The translations under genes and the position numbers were made by a program. The notes beneath the pieces were generated by a model. The model was not told where the DNA came from and did no database searches. It worked only from the letters and a program-made list of their open reading frames with translations. From contig JBBCAV010000307.1 in assembly GCA_051382305.1 (NCBI GenBank), positions 1 through 20,510 of the forward strand: a DNA stretch of 20,510 nucleotides, read 5' to 3'. Source of the stretch: Bdellovibrionota bacterium FG-2. GTDB lineage: Bacteria; Bdellovibrionota; UBA1018. Positions 1-8,124 of the stretch are shown here, one piece after another; position 1 is the first letter of the stretch; every line of letters begins with the position of its first letter.

Positions 1-255
1 GCAATCCGTCCCAAAATCTAAGTTGTGGTAACCGATATTCTGACAGAGTGCGGGATAGTGACGCTACCAGGTAATTCAACCAAAACTGCGCACCGCATCT
101 AAGTAACAGATATTTTGAGGCAATTCGTTAGCAATAAATCGAGGGAATTATCCCTTGCTCTTGGTCCCTCGTCAGTTTACGTTTCTTTCCATCTATTCTG
201 AAGGACGCGCTTACAAATTCCCACAACTACTGGGACTCAGCTTTGGAGGAATAAT

Positions 256-1008
256 GTGACGCAACATGTTCAGGTCTTATCGCTTATCGTTCCCGTGTAC
301 AATGAGGAGCCCCATCTTGCCACAGTCATCAATCGCCTAATGGCCACCTCGTGTTCATTAAGTCGCGAGTGGATTTTTGTTGATGATTGCTCGACTGACA
401 AGAGTCTTCAGATTCTTCGTGAGCTGCAGCCCCGTTTCGGGTTTCGCCTCATTGAACAAAGCTCTAACCAGGGTAAGGGGTGTGCAGTCATCCGGGGGAT
501 TGCTGAGGCTACGGGTGATCTGATCATGATTCAGGATGCGGACTTTGAATATGATTCCAACGAAATCCCGCTCCTTCTTGAGCCCCTTCTTGAGAACAAA
601 GCGGACGTCGTTTACGGTAGCCGTTTTAAGAAAACGACTTTCCTCGTTCATCGCACCTATCATTATTTTGTGAATCGGTTTTTGACGTTCATGAGTAACC
701 TTCTCTCTGGGATTTATCTGACCGATATGGAGACATGCTACAAGGTTTTTCGGGCGGACCTTGTAAAGAGTATGCGGCTGCAATCGCGGCGTTTTGGGAT
801 TGAAGTGGAGTTCACCGCCTACATCGCAAAAGTAAGGGCACGCGTTTTTGAACTCCCGATTTCCTACTATCCCCGCACACAACTTCAAGGCAAAAAAATC
901 AACTGGAAAGATGGAGTCGCGGCTTTGTTTCATCTTATTCGCTTTAACTGGTTTACTTCACGGGAGCAGGCATTTTCAAAATTGCCGGAGCAGTATCGGC
1001 CGGAGTGA
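256..1008 (+). CDS. Glycosyltransferase family 2 (DPM1-like polyprenol-phosphate glycosyltransferase)
   Basis: Motifs LSLIVPVYNEE, FVDDCSTD, NQGKG, IQDADFEYD (DxD), DVVYGSRF, TDMETCYK, GKKINWKDG. GGAGGA RBS precedes the GTG start. Confidence 0.93.
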   Translation: MTQHVQVLSLIVPVYNEEPHLATVINRLMATSCSLSREWIFVDDCSTDKSLQILRELQPRFGFRLIEQSSNQGKGCAVIRGIAEATGDLIMIQDADFEYDSNEIPLLLEPLLENKADVVYGSRFKKTTFLVHRTYHYFVNRFLTFMSNLLSGIYLTDMETCYKVFRADLVKSMRLQSRRFGIEVEFTAYIAKVRARVFELPISYYPRTQLQGKKINWKDGVAALFHLIRFNWFTSREQAFSKLPEQYRPE

Positions 1009-1151
1009 GAAGAAAAAGGGCTGTTGCCTGACGTCGGCGCCATTGATTTCAATATGGCTGAAGTTTGCAGTGTTGTTGCCTGGCACATTAATTTGTAACT
1101 GAGCGAAGGCGTCTAAATTGCCGAAGCGTAACAAGGAGTGTCAAGGGTGTC

Positions 1152-1199
1152 AGCTCTCGGGCGTTGGGAAGGTTATATATTCCTCATTCACTTACATGT
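1152..1199 (+). repeat. Short degenerate left-end copy of the epimerase-derived repeat
   Basis: agctctcgggcg..ttatatattcctcattcacttacatgt aligns with agctctcgggcg..ttttttattcctcatctgcttgtatgt at 13040 and with the copy at 11539. Confidence 0.6.
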
Positions 1200-1289
1200 G
1201 CTACCAACCTGGCCACAAGGATTCAGTGACGGCACACAGGGAGTAGAAATGGATACCACTTGAGTCAATAACTGAGGTATACAGCGGTC

Positions 1290-1742
1290 ATGCCTAAGAA
1301 AAAGAGCCTGACAGACCAGGTTACGTTTAATAATGCGGCGCTGCTTTTTGTTCTCCTTTACGGATTGTGGAGACGACGAATGATCCATGATCCTATGCCG
1401 ACTGCCGAAGTCATCGGATACACCTCTTTCAATAACTTCCTCGCTCGGCATGCCCAAACGGTCTGGTCAAAGCAGGTCTGGAGCAATGTTGTCCATGAAT
1501 TACACGAGAAGGGTCTAGTTACACTTCCCGCTGTTAGTCCCGAGGATGGCCTCAATGCAGTGGGCCTGAGCAGCTATGGCTGTAGCGCTCCTGACGAAGG
1601 TTTTGAAAAGGTAAGTAGCTGGGTCGCTAATGTTCTCCGTGGCAAGCACAAATGGATGATCACGGTAAGCCCTGAGTGGAAGCGGCTGTTTGATAAAATT
1701 TATCGAGGCCAGCTTGATCCGAAGGACGCTCAAACCTGGTAG
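1290..1742 (+). CDS. Hypothetical protein (150 aa), first gene of a two-gene operon
   Basis: GAGGT RBS upstream. Ends 2 nt before the next ATG. No family recognised. Confidence 0.65.
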   Translation: MPKKKSLTDQVTFNNAALLFVLLYGLWRRRMIHDPMPTAEVIGYTSFNNFLARHAQTVWSKQVWSNVVHELHEKGLVTLPAVSPEDGLNAVGLSSYGCSAPDEGFEKVSSWVANVLRGKHKWMITVSPEWKRLFDKIYRGQLDPKDAQTW

Positions 1743-1744
1743 CC

Positions 1745-2257
1745 ATGAGCTTCGAATCCGCACAACGATTCTATTCCCAATACGCAATCCCCACCTTGAC
1801 CCGATTGAAGGCTCAGAAGGTAGTGCGTGGGGATTATTCCATCACGCCACAGCCTGATGGCTCATTCAGATCAGTATTTCAGTTTCTGGCTGCGTGGGAG
1901 GTTGAGATCAAGTTCCGCTACGGTACCGCGCTTGATCGATTTATCCTAAGGGCCTCCGGAGTTGCAGACGAAGACCGCAAAAGAACTTTGAATACCATCC
2001 ACTCGTTTCATTTTCATCCCGACATCCGAGATTCTGACCTATGGGGCTGCGTTGACGAATATGAAAGAGGCCCGCATCTTCATCTGTACTTTGAGCGAGA
2101 TACCAAGCTCATCTCGCTCGCTACAAATCCAGTGCCTTTAGACAGCTTCTTGCTTTTTCTCGTTGGACGTCATCATAAAACAAAGATGAAGCATATTCAG
2201 AAGGTTCTTGGGCTTGAGAATGTCCAGGCGTTTGGTCTTGCCGCAATAATTGCGTAG
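1745..2257 (+). CDS. Hypothetical His-motif protein (170 aa), possibly DUF2290/TumE-like toxin
   Basis: FHFHPD...GPHLHL...PVPLDSFLLFL pattern. Tightly coupled to the upstream ORF. Family assignment is by resemblance only. Confidence 0.5.
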   Translation: MSFESAQRFYSQYAIPTLTRLKAQKVVRGDYSITPQPDGSFRSVFQFLAAWEVEIKFRYGTALDRFILRASGVADEDRKRTLNTIHSFHFHPDIRDSDLWGCVDEYERGPHLHLYFERDTKLISLATNPVPLDSFLLFLVGRHHKTKMKHIQKVLGLENVQAFGLAAIIA

Positions 2258-2354
2258 TAATGAAGGCTTTATTAGTTTTGTTTATCTGCCCTGTGTATGA
2301 AATTTCAAATGTTTTTGTGGGGGCTGTTCTTCTTGCGCATTTGGGTGATGGCAA

Positions 2355-4031
2355 TTAACGCTTCGCAGGTCGAACCTCAGGTACGGTAAAAAGTTCTTTC
2401 TCGAAAACGAATTTAGCCGCTTGAGCTACCTCAAATACGCCATCTAAAGACGTGGCGTTTCTGAGTGTCCAAACGCATTCTTTTACCGAACGGAGCCGGC
2501 CGACATTTAGCTGGCTACGAATTTGAAGAGGCTTAGCTTGTGAGCAGTCTTGCCGCTTTTGGTCCAATACAATCAACCCCGTTGGGTAGGTCTTGAGAAA
2601 AGATTGAAGATCTTTGCGCGTTTGAGCAGAAGTGAAGTTACACCCTACGGCGTCTCTAATGAAAAAGGGGTGCGAGTAGGCCCCACCAATGAATTCAAAA
2701 TAGAGGCTCGGGATATCATTTGCCCAGCAGTGATCGTGTAGGAGAAACACCGGGAGGCCGGTCGCTCGTATTTCCTGGTAGGCAAGATAATAAAAAGAGA
2801 AGTTGCGGGGTATCGTCCGAATCCGATCTCTGCTTGCCCACGTATCTCGAGCCATGGAGGCGGCCATTGAGGCGACAAGCGCGAAGAGTCCGAATGACAA
2901 CGTCAGTGGCATAAGGGCACTGAGAGTTTCGGGTAGGCACTTATTCAGAGATTGCGCCGCACGTGTGAGACCTCCTACGAGTGACTCTAAACTTAGGACA
3001 AAAACGGCGAAACCGAGGCCAAAAAACGGGCTGAAGTAGCGCGACCCAAAGCCATAGCTCGAGCGAGCGCGACAATAGATAAAAAAGGCCGGCGTGACTA
3101 GGCAGAGAAGAATCAACAAATGAGTGATCCGTTTGCGATCAAAGACAAACAGACCAATAAAGAGGGTGATTCCTAAAATATAACGATGCACTGGGAGGCC
3201 AAGATACGAGATGAACTCCTGCCACAGCCCCCATCCGGCGTTGGCAACATCAAGAAACAGGCGCGGTGTCCAAGAAACCTGGGCGCCACTTGGGGGCTTA
3301 TTCATTAAAGCGGTGAACGCAGGTTCGTTCAAGTATCGGGTCGCAACGCAAATGCAAGCGAGTACAGTGATGAGTCTGATTAGTTTATTCCATTGTTTCA
3401 TCCGGATGCTGTCAAGGGCGCGCAGCCCATAGGCTCCAATAATAAGCGGGAGCGAAAAAAAATGCGTGTTGGCAAAGAGCAGGCTTGCGAGCGCTAAAAC
3501 TCGCTCGGAGGCTCGGGGTATGAGGAGTGCAACGGAGCACCAGAGCAGGGAGACCAAAGACACTAACGAATAGTGCCGGGCTTCGGCTGAGTAGCCTACT
3601 TCGACACCGTGTTGAGTGATCCATGCACCCGCAAAGAAGGCGAACGCTACGGCGATCCAGGGCGAAAGCCCGGGTCGCCTAAAATGGCGAAGCGTGATGC
3701 AGTAGGCGGCAATGATCGTGACCAGGCTAAAAAATAGGCTAGGAATCCGCAAAGAGAGCTCGTCATGGCCGAACAGCGGAAACCAAAAATATTTTCGAAG
3801 AAAAAAATCGAGCATCGGTTGAAACTGCGACCACAATTTCGCTCGGAGGTCCCATAGGTCGGTTGAGGCAAAAACAGGGTAGTTGTGGTGAGCTTCATCT
3901 TCCCAAAATCCCCGCGTTATTTGGGGCAGGCGCAATTCGAGCGCTCGTGTGAGGAGTAAGAGGAGGGCGCTGATGATGGCGGTGGGGAGAAGGATTCTTT
4001 TGGTGCTGAGTCGCGCTAAATAATTTCCCAT
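2355..4031 (-). CDS. Polytopic membrane GT-C fold glycosyltransferase (GT39/PMT/ArnT-like)
   Basis: FWEDEA after TM1, QPM..F, ELSLRIPS, YSAEARHYSL and RYF motifs, about 10 hydrophobic segments, soluble C-terminal domain. Lies near a polyprenol-P GT2. Confidence 0.75.
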   Translation of the reverse strand: MGNYLARLSTKRILLPTAIISALLLLLTRALELRLPQITRGFWEDEAHHNYPVFASTDLWDLRAKLWSQFQPMLDFFLRKYFWFPLFGHDELSLRIPSLFFSLVTIIAAYCITLRHFRRPGLSPWIAVAFAFFAGAWITQHGVEVGYSAEARHYSLVSLVSLLWCSVALLIPRASERVLALASLLFANTHFFSLPLIIGAYGLRALDSIRMKQWNKLIRLITVLACICVATRYLNEPAFTALMNKPPSGAQVSWTPRLFLDVANAGWGLWQEFISYLGLPVHRYILGITLFIGLFVFDRKRITHLLILLCLVTPAFFIYCRARSSYGFGSRYFSPFFGLGFAVFVLSLESLVGGLTRAAQSLNKCLPETLSALMPLTLSFGLFALVASMAASMARDTWASRDRIRTIPRNFSFYYLAYQEIRATGLPVFLLHDHCWANDIPSLYFEFIGGAYSHPFFIRDAVGCNFTSAQTRKDLQSFLKTYPTGLIVLDQKRQDCSQAKPLQIRSQLNVGRLRSVKECVWTLRNATSLDGVFEVAQAAKFVFEKELFTVPEVRPAKR

Positions 4032-4319
4032 TGTCCTGCCATAGTCTTCCCTGGTATTGAGCTACTTTAGAAACTAAGGGCTTGCAACGTAATACCTGGA
4101 CCGGCGGAAAGGAAATGCGCAGGCGTCCTCTGTCACGGCCTAAGTGCTTCAGCTGAGTTATTGTGTTATATTACATATAGTTAATGCATTTGCGTTCGGT
4201 TTGGTTCGACATCTGCAGATAACGGCTAATGTTTTTGTGTAAAATCAGCGATAAAGCGTGTAGAATGTAACCTATGAAGCGCATAATTGTGATGTTGAAT
4301 GCGCAGATAGGAGAGTTTT

Positions 4320-4832
4320 ATGAACATACCAGAACAAATAACTACATTTAGCGATTATCAAGGGATCAGTGAATCCTTCTCATTGACTCCCGCAACTCAG
4401 GGCTACCACGCTAGTTGGAGCGGATTTTGTCGAGCGAGTAGCGCCGCCAATATCATTGGCCAAGTGCCGGTGGGCACTTTCCTTGAAATCAAAGACCGAA
4501 AGTTCTCAGGGGAAAGTCTGATTGTTATTAGGAGGGGCGATTTTGAACGCCTGGTAAAATCGTCACGATCATCGTCCCAGATCAAGAAGGTGCTCTTCTC
4601 TATTGAAAAGACCGTTTTGACATTTCAACCTGGTACTGACCCCACAAACATAATTCAGGCGGTAAAGGAAATCGCGAGTCTTGGTGTCGAGTTGGCGCAG
4701 CCAATGCCAGAATTCTCGACTGCTGCAAAATATATTGCCCATGCACATGCAGCTAGGGAGGATAAGACCGAGATTGACTTCGAACTTCCCAAGACTAGGG
4801 CTGAGTTGAGACGTGGCGTCAAAAAAAAATAG
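4320..4832 (+). CDS. Hypothetical protein (170 aa), possible antitoxin-like protein
   Basis: AGGAGA RBS. Overlaps the next gene. The segment FLEIKDRKFSGESLIVIRRGDFERL loosely resembles a Phd/YefM-type fold. Confidence 0.6.
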   Translation: MNIPEQITTFSDYQGISESFSLTPATQGYHASWSGFCRASSAANIIGQVPVGTFLEIKDRKFSGESLIVIRRGDFERLVKSSRSSSQIKKVLFSIEKTVLTFQPGTDPTNIIQAVKEIASLGVELAQPMPEFSTAAKYIAHAHAAREDKTEIDFELPKTRAELRRGVKKK

Positions 4833-5294
4833 GCTTGATCTCGATGTCGAGGATTTGTGCAAGTCGCTCGAGGGCAAGCACACGACCGAGGGCTGGTCTG
4901 CGGCCAAGAAATGGTTTCAAGATCAATTTGGCGCTGATGTTGGTAAAAGACTGAAGTTCTTAGATTCCATCGTCTACGCGGGAAATCCCTATGTCTATAA
5001 TCCGGGTTCTGGTGTTCAAGAATTCAAAGTTTTGCAGGGGGACATTATTCGCTCAACCCTTGTCAAACTCCCGAATCAACCGGAGACCTGTATTGGAAAT
5101 CTTGCGTGTTTTGAGGAGGTTTCCTACATCGAAAATACTGTTCTACAGGTTGCAGATCGGGTGGCAAGCCTCAGCGACGTTGGTTGGCACCTTTCAATTC
5201 CTTCCTTGTCCATACATTCGCAAGACCCTCTTTGGATGATCTCAAGATTCGCGCGAACTCGAGGCCCTCAATGGTGAGTCCTGAAAAAGACTGA
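4813..5294 (+). pseudogene. Hypothetical LQGDII-motif protein with apparent frameshift near 5192
   Basis: After RVASLSDVGWHL, adding one T to the ctttc at 5191-5195 gives FNSFLVHTFARPSLDDLKIR...PEKD* ending at 5294. This reads as a more protein-like C-terminus than the tracked one. Confidence 0.5.
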
Positions 5295-5991
5295 TCTCGG
5301 GAGCCATTATCTTTCTCGCATTGTTCTCGTCGGGGTCTTTCAGTCGAGTCCTACTACCATCGTTGAGCATGGGCGCTATTTCGCCGATCTTGCAAAAAGG
5401 CTGTCAGCCAGTGTTACTGTCGCTGAAGTCAGCGATTCGGCCCCCGCGGAGGTCCCCCGGCTAATTGTAAACTTTGAAAACATAACCTATGCTCTAGGGC
5501 TCGATCGAATCTCGGTAGCCGTGGTTCCTCGCGCCCCAGAAATGCCAGCTCCAGATGGTGATTTTAAGAATTGTATTTTGGAAGCGAGGCAGGAGATCCG
5601 TAAATTCGCGGAACAAGAATCCCTTGCGATCAGCTTCTGTGGTGTTTTAGTAACAGCAAGATGGCCTTTTTCGCTTCAGACACCAAACGAAGAGATCGCT
5701 GAGTTTCTGTGCCGAAAGTTACTGGGTGGAAAACGATTTGCCGAGGCAGTCGCCTCGTTTTCATTTCAGATTGGAAAAAAGGTTGGAGAATTCTTCGTCA
5801 ACTATCAAGCGCGTTCATTTGAGGTTAGGGCGGTCGCGGTTGACTCGTCGACACTAATGGAGCGTGGTGTGGAAATATTGTTCGACGTTAATAACAGGCC
5901 AAAGATCAATAAGGGCAATGTAGGGGATGAACTCTGTGCGCTGGAATCGGCTGCCCGGAGGGAACTAAACGCTTTGGTTCCCAGTCTCTAA
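5281..5991 (+). CDS. Hypothetical protein, TIGR04255-like; longer than the tracked ORF 5521-5991
   Basis: The frame is open from 5278: LKKTDLGSHYLSRIVLVGVF...DSAPAEVPRLIV...DRISV, continuing to ERGVEILFDVNN. Probable CTG start at 5281 after GGTGAG. Confidence 0.55.
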   Translation: MKKTDLGSHYLSRIVLVGVFQSSPTTIVEHGRYFADLAKRLSASVTVAEVSDSAPAEVPRLIVNFENITYALGLDRISVAVVPRAPEMPAPDGDFKNCILEARQEIRKFAEQESLAISFCGVLVTARWPFSLQTPNEEIAEFLCRKLLGGKRFAEAVASFSFQIGKKVGEFFVNYQARSFEVRAVAVDSSTLMERGVEILFDVNNRPKINKGNVGDELCALESAARRELNALVPSL

Positions 5992-6225
5992 AAATGCCGA
6001 AGCGTGATGCAGTAGGCGGTCGTCAGCCGCGAGCACGTCTTCTCTGATCCTCTTTAAGTCATTAAATAGGGCTCGGTCGTCCTCAAAATCAATATTTGAA
6101 CAAAGCGCGTTGTCCATGGCTGTATAGTTAAAAAAATCTCCAAAGGAAATCACAGCCGTAAAACCAGAAGTAAGTAAGTCCAAGGTCTTTGTGGGCGAAA
6201 CTTTGAAAAACCAACCCTTTTTCAC
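5965..6225 (-). CDS. Small hypothetical protein (86 aa)
   Basis: GGAGA-like RBS upstream on the minus strand. DDRALFNDLKRIREDVLAA looks like an amphipathic helix. Convergent overlap with the previous gene. Confidence 0.4.
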   Translation of the reverse strand: MKKGWFFKVSPTKTLDLLTSGFTAVISFGDFFNYTAMDNALCSNIDFEDDRALFNDLKRIREDVLAADDRLLHHASAFLETGNQSV

Positions 6226-6291
6226 TTCGGTCTTTCTCCAATCGGCTTAAATGGTCTCGGCTCCGCATTGTCCTTTTCAGCTTTGGGATGC

Positions 6292-6322
6292 AGAAACAAA
6301 ACAGGGAACCTTGCGGCTCCCT
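6292..6322 (-). terminator. Rho-independent terminator-like hairpin
   Basis: Minus strand reads AGGGAGCC-GCAA-GGTTCCCT then GTTTTGTTTCT. The GNRA loop and a G-U pair work only on the minus strand. Confidence 0.65.
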
Positions 6323-6629
6323 GGGGTTGTAACACTTGTTGCTTCCTATAAGGAACCACCAAGGGGTTATAAGTAACCACCTTTATACCTATCCTTCATT
6401 TGCTGTCTATCGTAACTTTTTTGCGCCGGGGTGCACGAATTAGCCCTTGAATGTTTGGGTGCGGCTTGGAGCATTTTTGAAGGATTTTGTGGCGCCAGGT
6501 TGAAAATATTACACGGCCTTTCGATGGCCGGGCATCCAGATCAATCATCCCCTGAATCCTTAAGTGAAAATACTGTGTAAATTCAAGGCGACAAATCAGG
6601 GCGGACCCCGCTTTCCGCTTGGATGCCTC

Positions 6630-6646
6630 TTGGTATAGCTGTTGCT
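6630..6646 (+). promoter_or_regulatory. Sigma54 (-24/-12) promoter of cassette 1
   Basis: TTGGTATAGCTGTTGCT has GG-N10-GC spacing with TTGC at -12, about 40 nt upstream of the precursor ATG. Confidence 0.75.
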
Positions 6647-6685
6647 ATGTGCACAGAGTCAAAAATGATGAAGGGGAGATACTTT

Positions 6686-6952
6686 ATGAAGAAAAATTTG
6701 ATTGGTTTTCCGTTTCTTGGTTTGGCTTTGGCGGCTTCGGTGTTCGCAGGAGAGAATCCTATGGGCAAGGCGCAAAGTCTGGAAAGTCGTGTGCGCTTGG
6801 AGCGGGGTTCTCAGAACCCACTGATTGTGGATCTAAGATCCCGGATCGAGGCGATCAATGAAATGAACGGCGAGAATGGAAAAACTTTTATCGACCTTGA
6901 CGCACTGGAAAAGGAAATGAGTCATTCAGGAGTTACTGTTTCATCGGGTTGA
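6686..6952 (+). CDS. Secreted peptide, putative RiPP/signal precursor (88 aa)
   Basis: AAGGGGAG RBS 7 nt before ATG 6686. Sec signal MKKNLIGFPFLGLALAASVFA. Tail EKEMSHSGVTVSSG is Ser/Thr-rich with no Cys. Directly upstream of a LanM-type dehydratase. Confidence 0.78.
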   Translation: MKKNLIGFPFLGLALAASVFAGENPMGKAQSLESRVRLERGSQNPLIVDLRSRIEAINEMNGENGKTFIDLDALEKEMSHSGVTVSSG

Positions 6953-6996
6953 TTTCTTCAGTGGCTTCAGACTAAAATTCACCCTAGTATTCAGAG

Positions 6997-8124
6997 GTGA
7001 CTAAAGAAATTTTAGGGGATTCGCATAATTTCGCACGTCGTGTTCAAAAATCAAACGATGGTAGCATTTCCAAGCCAAGGTGTTTGATTTGGGAAGAGTC
7101 GTTCTTGTCCAAAACAGGGAGAATTCGAGTCCTTATTGATTCGGTTTTTCAAAAGGCAAATCTGCCGTCCCCGATGAGGATGGCACCTGAATTGGAGTTC
7201 CAAGTGTTTTCTGACCCCTTTGTTTCTGGGGTAGTTGAATGCCTAGAGTTAGGGTTTGCCACCTATGAAGACTTGAGCCCAGAGCACTTGTCGCTTATTG
7301 GGGGCGTGATTGCGATCTGCACTTGGTTTGGGATTACAGATTTGCATGTCGACAATCTCGCATTTGGAAAAAATTTAACCCCCGGCGGCCAGGTTACCTT
7401 TTTTCCCATCGATATTGAGTGTATTTTTGAAAAGGTGATGCTCCCTTCGCAGACCAGCCTCGTCTCAAATCCTCACGCACTGAATGGGATTTTTGATAAG
7501 GCTGGTCTTTTTCAGTTAAGGGAACAGGGTGCCTGGGAGAATCCTCTAAACTTTGCTTCACTCCTTGATGGGTTCATGACCGCGATGGACTGCCTGGATA
7601 GTAACGCTCATACCATTTTTGAGTCACTATTGAAAATGAAGGAAGTGCAGGGGGCCCCTATTAGAGTAATTGCTCGTGCCACGAGGACCTATGTTGAATT
7701 GGGACAAGATCGTCATGCCCTACTGGAACCCTCACTTTTGCCTAGTGAGAGTGAGCAGCTTGATCGTGGAGATATTCCGTATTTTTTTAGGACGCTAACA
7801 TCTTCAGCGGTCTTTCATTATTCTTCTTTTGAGGGTGCGATTCAGGCCTCGGGTTGGACAAAAGACAAGAATGGGTATTTTGACGTGCCAGAGGTTTTCA
7901 TCAGCGATCATCTTGAAGGAAAGGTGGATTTGCAGGAATTTTCAAGAAGAAGGCATGCGGCGAGCGCCCTTCAACTTGTGCGATATTTTTCCCCAAAACT
8001 CCAAGGTGACAAATACAGTATTGGGAAAACTACGGTCTCGCTGTCTCATGAGATGATTCAGGTTCGCTATAGGGATCAACCACTATTTGAAACAAACCGA
8101 GCGCCTGTTTTGGAGTCGAAATGA
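6997..8124 (+). CDS. Stand-alone LanM-type dehydratase/kinase domain (DUF4135) without a LanC cyclase domain
   Basis: LanM N-domain motifs in order: GDSHN..R.V, KPR, TDLHVDN, PIDIECIF, IRVIARATRTY, EQLDRGDIPYF. Only 375 aa. Stop overlaps the next start (ATGA). Confidence 0.88.
   Translation: MTKEILGDSHNFARRVQKSNDGSISKPRCLIWEESFLSKTGRIRVLIDSVFQKANLPSPMRMAPELEFQVFSDPFVSGVVECLELGFATYEDLSPEHLSLIGGVIAICTWFGITDLHVDNLAFGKNLTPGGQVTFFPIDIECIFEKVMLPSQTSLVSNPHALNGIFDKAGLFQLREQGAWENPLNFASLLDGFMTAMDCLDSNAHTIFESLLKMKEVQGAPIRVIARATRTYVELGQDRHALLEPSLLPSESEQLDRGDIPYFFRTLTSSAVFHYSSFEGAIQASGWTKDKNGYFDVPEVFISDHLEGKVDLQEFSRRRHAASALQLVRYFSPKLQGDKYSIGKTTVSLSHEMIQVRYRDQPLFETNRAPVLESK

Noticed and set aside
4813-5991. 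Single fused protein by TGA readthrough or recoding at 5275-5277 (both ORFs share a frame)
   Set aside because: A one-base frameshift near 5192 explains the upstream gene better, and TGA is an ordinary stop in many other genes here.
6623-6685. Tracked N-terminal extension of the precursor (ATG 6623)
   Set aside because: It overlaps the sigma54 promoter. The RBS and signal peptide point to ATG 6686.
6686-8124. Classical class II lanthipeptide (bacteriocin) cluster
   Set aside because: There is no cyclase domain, no Cys in the precursor, no double-glycine leader, and no LanT or immunity genes.
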